Positions 36,105 to 44,797 of a stretch of 64,000 nt of DNA are shown here, piece by piece. The number at the start of each line of letters is the position of its first letter. Position 1 is the first letter of the stretch. Origin of the DNA: Convolutriloba macropyga (taxonomy: Eukaryota); assembly GCF_964194025.1 (NCBI RefSeq), contig NC_134471.1, positions 70,866,001-70,930,000 on the forward strand, written 5' to 3'. Below the pieces are notes generated by a model. That model was not told the DNA's origin. It searched no databases and worked only from the letters and a program-made list of their open reading frames with translations. A program made the position numbers and the translations under genes.

Positions 36105-38100
36105 ATGGAATCGAAAAGAAAGACGAGTTCGTCTGGAGCATCGTGTGATTGAATATCACTATTTTTGTATCTGGCATTGCTAGCCATTTTTGCTTATCCT
36201 TCACTTTGTATTAAATTATACGGCTATGACTTTGACAATATCGTATCAAAAAATATATATTCTCTGGATCACAGTACAAACTGTGATAACAAAATTCGAG
36301 TATCGAAAACAATAGAAGGTAGTTTGATATATGCTGATGTTCAGCCCGAGATAAAATTAAGATTTTGCATGTATGGAGCGGCATATACTGTGTCTGCACT
36401 TAAAAAGAGCAATGTATATGACGATGTTGTCTTTATTACCAAGAACTCAAGACTCCTGAAATCCATATATCCATTCTACGAAGGAACCTGTAGGAGCATT
36501 TGGCAAAACAAAAACTTTGCTTTACCAGGTTTTGGAGATAAAAACCTTAAAGTCAACAATTCAGTGACGGAAAAGATTTTAGAACGATCAAGTGAAACTA
36601 CTTATGCCGAGGAGCACAGCCAGAGCTTCATCAAAAAAAACAATCGTGAAGGTGCTATGTATGCTGAGCCTGTAGAGTGGGTTTCACCTACAGGAGTAAG
36701 ACTTATTGGAAATGTGATGATCAATGCAAAACTTTACATCGGAACAATTTGGGGAAAGCTGATACGAAGAAACCTCTTAAGCTTTAAGGATCCCCTAGGT
36801 TTCTCGAAAACTGTTTTTTATCAAAACCACATATTTTGAAGACAATTTAGTAAACTATTTTTTTGAAAATCAAGGTTAGCAAACATGTCAAACGATCAAA
36901 CACTTTAATAAGGAGGACCCTGTAAAAATTTTTGGTAAAACCAAAACCACTTTTATCAGCGAAAAAAATTTACACAAAAACAAATATGAAGATTTTGGAT
37001 TAGAAATCTTAGAGGAAAAAGCAATTAATTTGTGTGGACAGCAGGTGAAAACAACCGGAGTTCCAGGTGTTTTTTACTCCGAGGAGAGTTCAGAACTGAA
37101 AACTGGTAATCTTAAAATAACCATGGAAATGTTTCTTTCAAGCGTTGTTGACACCTTAAATTTCGAACTTCTCAAGGAGAGAGAAATTTTTTTTATGAAA
37201 ATCAGAACGCTCCAATGCGAGATTCAACGACTAATAATTCAAACTATGATTGACGTATCAAAAAACATTGTTATTCCATCGGTAACGCTCTTTGAGAAAG
37301 GAACTCACGTCGAAAGAGCAGGATCTGTGTTATATGTTCATAAATGTGCAAAGATGGTAGCAACAATAACTAAACTTCATTTTTGCACAGAAGAAGTTCC
37401 TGTGTTAGTAGAGGGTCAGAATTTTTCTTCTATTAGATATATGGACCCTATTACAAAAATTTTGTATCATAATTATATAATCGCTGCATGCAACCCGCTG
37501 TACCCAAATGTTGTGAAATTAGAAGACGGCAGTTTTCAATATGCAGAAACGCTGAAGAAATTCAATCGTGAGATATATGAGTGGTCGATGAATAATAACT
37601 TAAACGTAAGTGATAAAAACCTGCATCGCAACCTCTTCTCCATATCAGACGTAAAACAGAGTCAAATTGCTCGAACAATTCGCCATAATAGTAAAGGAAT
37701 TATCAGTTGGGAAGCATCCCGAGATTCAGATGGAAAATACAGCCATGAAAATTTTTTTTCATTTGAACGCTCAGTTCCAAAAACAATTTGTTCTAACAAA
37801 TGAAATAACATTTTTTCATAACTTAGAACTGAAAGCTTATACGTTTGGTTAAAAGCTAAGGACATTGCTGTGTCAGTCTTAACAGTTTACCTCATATTCC
37901 AAATTGTGAAAAATTTTCCTAAAATGTTTATCTGTTTAGGATTAGTCATTAATGGAGCCTCCTGGCAACAACTGTTCCGGAATCTCGACCCTGTAACGGG
38001 AACACGTATGTATAATCAACGGCTCAAATTAATTAATGAGCGTCAAGAACAAAAGAAAAAGATTGAAGAGAAAGAGTCCTTGAAAGAGTCGGTTGTTTAA
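36105..38100 (+). pseudogene. Envelope-like glycoprotein (chuvirus-G-like), disrupted
   Basis: Signal-peptide-like FLYLALLAIFAYPSLC followed by LYGYD(F); N-glycosylation sequons; Cys pattern QCEIQR...AGSVLYVHKC...CTEEVPV...YMDPITKIL...CNPLYP; C-terminal hydrophobic segment and short charged tail. Confidence 0.75.
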
Positions 38101-38109
38101 AAAAAGAAA

Positions 38110-38522
38110 AACGAAATTGAGTTGTCTTGAGTTCAAGACCAAAAAAAATGAAAATGAGTTGTCTTGAGTTCAAGACCAAAAATAATGAAAATGACTTGTC
38201 TTGAGTTCAGAGCCAAAAAAAATGAATGAAAATGACTTGTCTTGAGTTCGGGACAAAAAAAAAATGAAAATGACTTGTCTTGAGTTCAGGACCAAAAAAG
38301 AAATTAAAATGAGTTGTCTTGAGTTCAAGACAAAAAAAAATGAAAATGAGTTGTCTTGAGTTCAAGACCAAAAAAAAAATCAAAATGACTTGTCTTGAGT
38401 TCAGGACCAAAAAAAAGTGAATGAAAATGACTTGTCTTGAGTTCAAGACCAAATAAAATGAAAATGAGTTGTCTTGAGGTCAAGACCAATAAAAATAATG
38501 GAAAAGTCTTGAGATCAAGACT
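38110..38522 (+). repeat. Array of 11 palindromic units GTCTTG-AGNT-CAAGAC with A-rich linkers (35-42 bp period)
   Basis: Cores start at 38124, 38161, 38198, 38239, 38277, 38316, 38353, 38392, 38434, 38471 and 38506. Confidence 0.95.
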
Positions 38523-38551
38523 AAAAATATTGAGAAACTTTAGAAGCAAAA

Positions 38552-39471
38552 ATGGTCTCTATTAAACATAGCAGGCAGTGAGACCCCACAAATTGGTGAA
38601 TATGTGTACTATATGCCAGAGTTGTGGAAAGTTATTTCGGAGATTTCCCCGGGAGTGTACCGAGTGGAATCTTGTCTGTCACGGACTCGGAAAGTGTCTA
38701 CACTAGAACCTCTGGCACCCGCCAATATTCGGTCCCGAGCTCTGCAGACTGAAGTGGAACTGCAAAACCAGTACGCGCAGTTAGAGAAATTGAAGAGTAC
38801 AAATTCTTTACTCCAAAAGGATCTTGTCGAGCTTCGACAAAAACTAGACAAACATTGCGACAAAGCCAAAGAGGCAACAAGAGAAGCATTGAGAAAACTG
38901 AGCGCCGAGTGTGAGGCGCTAAGAGATAACCTAAAGGCGGCGGCAGCTAGAAATGCCGAACAAGAGCAGTCAATCAACTTACTTAAGCAGGAGTTGGCCG
39001 ATCTAAAAGTCAATACTGATAAAAAAGAGCGAAGCCATGGAGAAAATGGAGAAAGAGAATGACCAATTGAGGTCAGAGCTTCAGCAGTTGGAAAACTATA
39101 ACCAGTACTTGGCGAGTGAGTGCCGAAGAAAAGACACTATAATTGATAGACAAAAGCATTCTTTGAAGAACGAGAAAGCCAAAACGAAGGCCACAGATAA
39201 GTGTTTATTCGAGATTCGGAATAAAAAGGTATTGAATCGGCCTGCGACATTGTACGAGATTTTGTTGGTAAAAAGTTCTGCTTCAAAAGATCAGATCAAA
39301 AAACACTACCACAAAATGAGTTTGTTGACGCACCCTGATGCTGGTGGAGATGAGGAGTTTTTCAAGAACATCAATCGAGCATAACAAATACTGATGAACG
39401 ATGGGGCGCGAGAAGTGTACAACAATTTCCGGCTGGACGAGGTAGAGAAAGTCATGAATGACGAAAACTGA
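38552..39471 (+). pseudogene. Extra Gypsy ORF: SH3-like N-terminus, long coiled coil, C-terminal DnaJ J-domain (frameshift ~39025, TAA at 39382)
   Basis: LYEILLVKSSASKDQIKKHYHKMSLLTHPDAGGDEEFFKNINRA*QILMNDGAREVYNNF is a canonical J-domain with HPD; heptad-rich stretch ELQNQYAQLEKLK...LKQELADLK...LRSELQQLE. Confidence 0.85.
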
Positions 39472-39587
39472 TAACTAAACTTTTTATATGAAAAGTACAA
39501 GATTTTTGTATTTTAAAACGTTCTTGTATCAAGAGCTGTAAATTTTGTTTGATTTTATGTGAGTGAGTGGCACACTCTATTCTTATT

Positions 39588-39600
39588 GAGAGGGGGGCAG
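39588..39600 (+). promoter_or_regulatory. Gypsy polypurine tract
   Basis: GAGAGGGGGGCAG immediately before the 3' LTR. Confidence 0.85.
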
Positions 39601-40030
39601 TGTGAGGGTCACACGTATGTAAAAAAAGGGTGTACTAAAAACTTTGGGTTTCAAGGTCAAAGATTTAGTTTAAATTTTAATTTATTACTTGATTAATGAC
39701 TGACACAATCTTGATAGGTGTCGACAGATTGAAATAGACAAAGCTCGGGCTTCGAGCAATACTAACAATTGTGACATATCAGTATTTACTTGGCTAATTT
39801 ACCACAGTGATAGAACCGATATTGGGTACGGACAAAACTGAGGATAAAACTCATTCATTGAATAATAAACCTACCTTCAGAGTCAATCACTCAATTAGAT
39901 CTTCATTTATTTGAAACCATTTTCTTCTGTTCTTATCTACTTATTAATTAAACTTCAATCCTTGTATTTTAAACAAGTATCACGCTCAATTACAAAAGAT
40001 AATACATATTGCGCACGGGCGGCTGCTATA
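39601..40030 (+). repeat. Gypsy 3' LTR
   Basis: Direct repeat of 22402-22831, preceded by the PPT. Confidence 0.95.
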
Positions 40031-40100
40031 AAATGATTTGAATATCACCGAATTTCTTCAGTTTACTTGCAAAATATTGAGTTGGGTGGCCTTCAACCCC
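40031..40100 (-). pseudogene. Penelope-like remnant, portion upstream of the Gypsy insertion
   Basis: Removing the Gypsy element and one AAAT copy restores the frame QYFASKLKKFGDIQIIFTTRKLR. Confidence 0.7.
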
Positions 40101-41849
40101 AAATATCGCAAAAGTAACAAAAGATAGGATTGAGATTGCAATTGAGGGCTAAATAACAAAATTTCAAAGTTCAAAAAACTCCAAAATGAAGATTATATCT
40201 TTTGGGTGTATTAAATGTGAATAAAAACGTTGTGAAAATAATTTAGAAAAACAATATATTTGCAATGAAAATTTCACTAAATTATTTTTTTGAGGCAGAA
40301 TTTTACGTTATCAACGTCAACTTAGGACAAATTTGACAAAAGCGGGGTTTGGTTCCAATAAACTTAGAACTTGTGTACTAAAAAAATAACGCTACGGCCT
40401 TAATTGGAATACTGGATAGCTTGTTAATTCTGAGTTAGTTTTCATTATGCATCAACATTGCTCAAAAACGGCAGAGTATTTTAAAAGGGACCCAAGAAGC
40501 GCGAAATCTTAGCTCCAAACATGTATAAAGATGTCGAAAAACTGTCAATCTCGATTGTCCGATTGCTTTAGCTATTAATAAACAATGCTGCTGATTGGGA
40601 TTGCATCAACTACCGGTATCGGCACAAGAAAACTTCAGAAAACAAGATAAACGCTTATGGGATATGGGCATTAAACTTTTCGATAATGTTTAATATTTTT
40701 AAAATTGTATTTGTGATTGTAGTTTTTCACTCTATTTTGTAGTTTTGCTCTGCATGCAGCGTTATATTAGAGAGTGAAATGATTAAAAAATATCCAGAAT
40801 GGCTGAATTAATACATTTACTAATCGTTTTATTATTTTTGAATTTGCTTCTAATTTTGGTTTTTTTCTAAGTTTTGGTGCTCTTTTCACCGATTTTTGTG
40901 ATGGAACGGTTATTTGGATGTTTTTTATGTTTTGTTAACTTATACTTTATTTTTATAAAGCATTTTTTGTTGCTTGCGTTTCACCTAAACATGACAGATG
41001 ACACCGATATAGGACATTACAAAAATTTTTTGAAGAACGTCAGTATTGTAAATATTCTGGACAGAAGTGTAAAAAATCTTCAGTAGTTTTTGATCTCACA
41101 ATGTTTTGAGAGAAGGCAATCTTATGGAGATTGTTGTTTCGTAGAAATATTTTTTAATTGAGACTTATGAAGAGAAAATTTTTTGGGTTGCTTTTTTGGG
41201 TACAGTTTTTATATAATTGGTAGGACCAAATGGGCCTGAAAAGTCTCGTCTTATCCGTGGTTGATTCCGCTTTGGAATTTTTTTACCCGGTTTTGACAAT
41301 ATCCACTATCTTGATTAACAATATCAATCTTTCTAGTGTCAAAAACATATTGAACATATATTCCGTTTAAATTGTCCATTTTGAGTTTATACAGATATTA
41401 ATTAACAAAGGAACATTATTTGCTTATTTTTATTGACTCCTGCAAAAAATCATTAGTTTTAATAATTTAGTCAGAAAAGCTACCGATAGAATTACTAAGG
41501 GTTAAAATGCGGTATAATCAGAGCACAATTTTTCCCATCAAAGCTGACTAGGGAGGAATATTGAGCAACAGAACGCTCATAACACTTTCTTCAAGTCACC
41601 CAAAGACGTCATACAATTATAATGAACTCAGTCAGCAGTGCGAATTGGGATCTCAACTATAAGAGTTCCACATGACAGCAACTTCAGTTCCCTGCGGTCC
41701 TTTATTTGTTGAATTGACTCCGCAAACAGTCGATACTCTAACATATTGTACAAGCAACAGTGCTTTAAAACCATCAATGATTTTTTTAAAACGCAAAGCA
41801 CGCAACAAGTTACTTTTCTGGATAATTAGTACACAGCATCCCTCTACTC

Positions 41850-42990
41850 TCATCCCGTTCCTGACTTTTTGCCATAATTTTCCACAAAAACTGACGTAAA
41901 GTCTTCATCCACCCTCTAACCGTATGCATTATATCTCTTCTAACAGGAGAGCTGAAGTTTAAAAACAAAAGGACATAAAACGCATAGAACAAGTTCATCT
42001 GCTTATACAAAAAAGAACTATTCTAAGTAAAAGAAGAACAATTCTGAGCCACAAAAATGGGATTGGTATTTTATCAATACAGAGACCACCACTCATTGGT
42101 TGTTTCGCTTGAAATAGATCACTCTGTTCTGATTCCTCAATAAACTTGGCCAAAAAGAAAGATTTGGTGTCAATAAATTAAAAACTTATTTAAAGAAAAG
42201 TTAACGTTAAAAAAAATCCTCGTACAAAGAATCAATTGTTCAATTTTGTTGAAAAAAGGAAACAAACATTCATTTAATGAATTTAAATACGCTCTAAAGA
42301 AAACAAACTTTTTGTATCCTTTATACAATTCTTGGCGTAAACGGTTTAAGTGCACGGAAAATTTTAAACAAATTTGTCAAAAGCATATTTATTATTTATA
42401 ATATGTCAAAAGACATTTTGCCCGTTCCAGAAATGTTGCCATAATTTTCCTCAAAAACTGACGCAAAGTCCCTATCCAACCTCTAACTGTCTGCATAGTA
42501 TGTCTTCTAAGAGGAGAGCTGAGAGAAGTCCAAAATTATGTCATATAAATGCCAAAAGCATTTTTCATAAATCTCCTCAAAAACTGACGCAAAGCATTTA
42601 TCCAACCTCTAACCGTGTGCATAGTGTCTCTTCTAACAGGAGAGCTCAGAAAAATCTGAAAACGGAAAGACATAAAACGCTTAGAACAAGTTCATCTGCT
42701 TATACAAAAAAGAACTATTCTAAGTAAAATAAAAACAATTCTGAGCCCCAAAAATGTGGTAGTGTTGTATCAAAATTGAGACCGTCAATTATTGTCCGCT
42801 TCGATTGGAATAGATCACTCTGTTCTGATTCCTCAACTAAATTGACAAAAAATTATTTGATGTCAATAAATTGAGAATTTGTTTAAAGAAAGGTTTACGT
42901 AATACAACAAACTTTTTTATATCTATTATATAATTCTTGACGTAAACGCTTTAAGTGCACAGAAAATTATAAACAAATATGTCAAAAGCA
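41850..42990. repeat. Degenerate local tandem duplication (~550-700 bp unit with a thrice-repeated ~90-bp head)
   Basis: CAAAAACTGACG.AAAG...CTCTAAC...GGAGAGCT at ~41885, 42452 and 42578; AGAACAAGTTCATCTGCTTATACAAAAAAGAACTATTCTAAGTAAAA at ~41986 and 42683. Confidence 0.75.
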
Positions 42991-43119
42991 AAGACCGAGG
43001 AAAGTTGATCCCGTTCAAAAATAAAAGAGTTCTACAAAAAAATATACCTGGAGGGAAAAGAGGCATATGGTTCACCTCAAAACCTTCAGAAAGCCAACTT
43101 GATATTTCAAAAGATTACT

Positions 43120-43776
43120 TGTTTCGTCAAAACATACCAATGAGATTTGGTGTCTTTCTTTGGCTTTTATGCGCAAATTATCCAAATTCAATACCAAAAA
43201 TGAAAAAAAATTGGTATGTGTTGATGTCTTTTCTTGTTTCGTCCTTTTTAAATCAATGAAATCAGAGTATTCTTCTGGTTCTGCAGCTGCATTTACAAAA
43301 AAGTTGAGAAAAAATATTAAATACGATAGAGTTTGTGTTCATCAATGTATTGAGTTCTGGAGGAAAGTCATCAAAATCTACTGCACAAGATGTGAACAAA
43401 ATGCTATTGCAGCAGAAAGAGCAATTAGATCTTTGAAACAAAGTTTTCATCGCCAAATGGATATGAACGGTGATAGATACGCCAACAAAGCAAACAATTT
43501 TTTTTCACATTATGAACCCATTTGCTAACAGATATAGATAAATCTTCCAAAGACGTAAAAAATCCAGATTTCTTGTCAGGTTTTGACAAAAAGACTATAA
43601 ATGAGTTTGAAAAACTACGCTTTAATTTTTTTGACAATGTTCTTATCTCCAAGTACGATTTTCTCATTAGAAAAAGATACAAATCACAAATGAAAAGTGA
43701 ACTTTTCCAGTTACTTAAATATGCAACTTTTAAATTCACTTTAAATTTTACTCTGTCCCAGATTTTAGACAATTAA
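43120..43776 (+). pseudogene. Degenerate Polinton/Maverick-type rve integrase
   Basis: NEIWCLSLAFM..LSKFN...LVCVDVFS..V..MKS...AF.K..., IYCT..E.NA..AERAIRSLK, and C-terminal F...DNVLISKYD..IRKRYK.Q..SELF: the c-integrase pattern of Polintons. Confidence 0.7.
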
Positions 43777-44797
43777 GATTTTTGACAAGCTGAATAATAA
43801 AGGAGGAAAACAAAAAAATTGATACTTATTTGATTTGGAAAAAGAGGAATACAAAAAATGGATCTTTTAAATGGAGTCTTTTAAAAGAACCAGTACTGAT
43901 CTTAAAAGAATTAGTTTATTTCGGAATATGTTTGATATGAGTCATTCTATACAAGAATGTGTTTTGTTTATCCAGCAAAGATCCAATTAGATGAATTGCA
44001 CTAGCAAAGAACGCAAAATCAGCGTTCATGGGACACTTAAAAGAATTCGTTAGCTTGCTGCAAATTTATCTTACGAGAACTGAGAGTCTTTCAAGCTACT
44101 TATTCAATTGAAATCACCAATATTGGCAGATTACATGTTACCACCGTAATAATTATCCTTTTGAACGCAGAAAATTTTGCTCTGCCTAGCTAATTGTTCA
44201 GAGACCAATATATACTTCTATTGGATCTTACATCCCTGCAAAAGACTGCTGAAAAATAACAATACTACAAACTCAATGGCAAAAGCTTGCGTCTAGAGCA
44301 ATTTTTTGACAGTACACCCATTAATACAAAGAACTCAATGTTAACAAAAACAAACGTTTGACGGAATCACACAATCCAAAAGTTGTTCCTTCAGGCAACA
44401 GATTGAAACCTTTCAGCTAGATTGTTCGATGGGAATGCTTGTAAAAATGGTGTCCAATAGTTACTGGTGATGGATAGTACCTCATTTTGTGTCATTATTG
44501 AAAGCATTCCAGAGCTAATATTTTGGTTCATTGGTCTTTTTCCAGCAGTTTTAGTTCCAACCTTACCCAATCTCAGTTTTGCAATCATCAACACTTCCCA
44601 TGAATTGTGGTCGGCAAAATTGGATAGAGATTGTTGCGCCCTAAAGAAGATACTTTTACGCATGCTTTTCGTCTAGCACGATTAGTCCTGAAGATGCTAA
44701 AATTGTGCATTTTCTGGAATGGTCTCTGTATCATTTTCTGATACTATGTAGTAGAAATTTTGTAATATGTGACTGAATGTGCTAGAAAATCAGCGTG

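Larger units (their letters stand above)
22402..40030 (+). mobile_element. Ty3/Gypsy LTR retrotransposon with env-like gene and extra J-domain ORF; multiple stops and frameshifts; BEL element nested in the leader
   Basis: 430-bp LTRs with ~10 mismatches by eye, AAAT target duplication (22398-22401 / 40031-40034), PBS, PPT, domain order gag-PR-RT-RH-IN. Confidence 0.95.

Noticed and set aside
38110-38522. CRISPR-like array of palindromic repeats
   Set aside because: Linkers are near-identical A-rich sequence rather than unique spacers; no cas genes; eukaryotic retroelement context.
44391-44676. Overlapping ORFs as a RING continuation exon or a Polinton gene
   Set aside because: No CxH..CxxC pattern and no recognisable Polinton motif in any frame.
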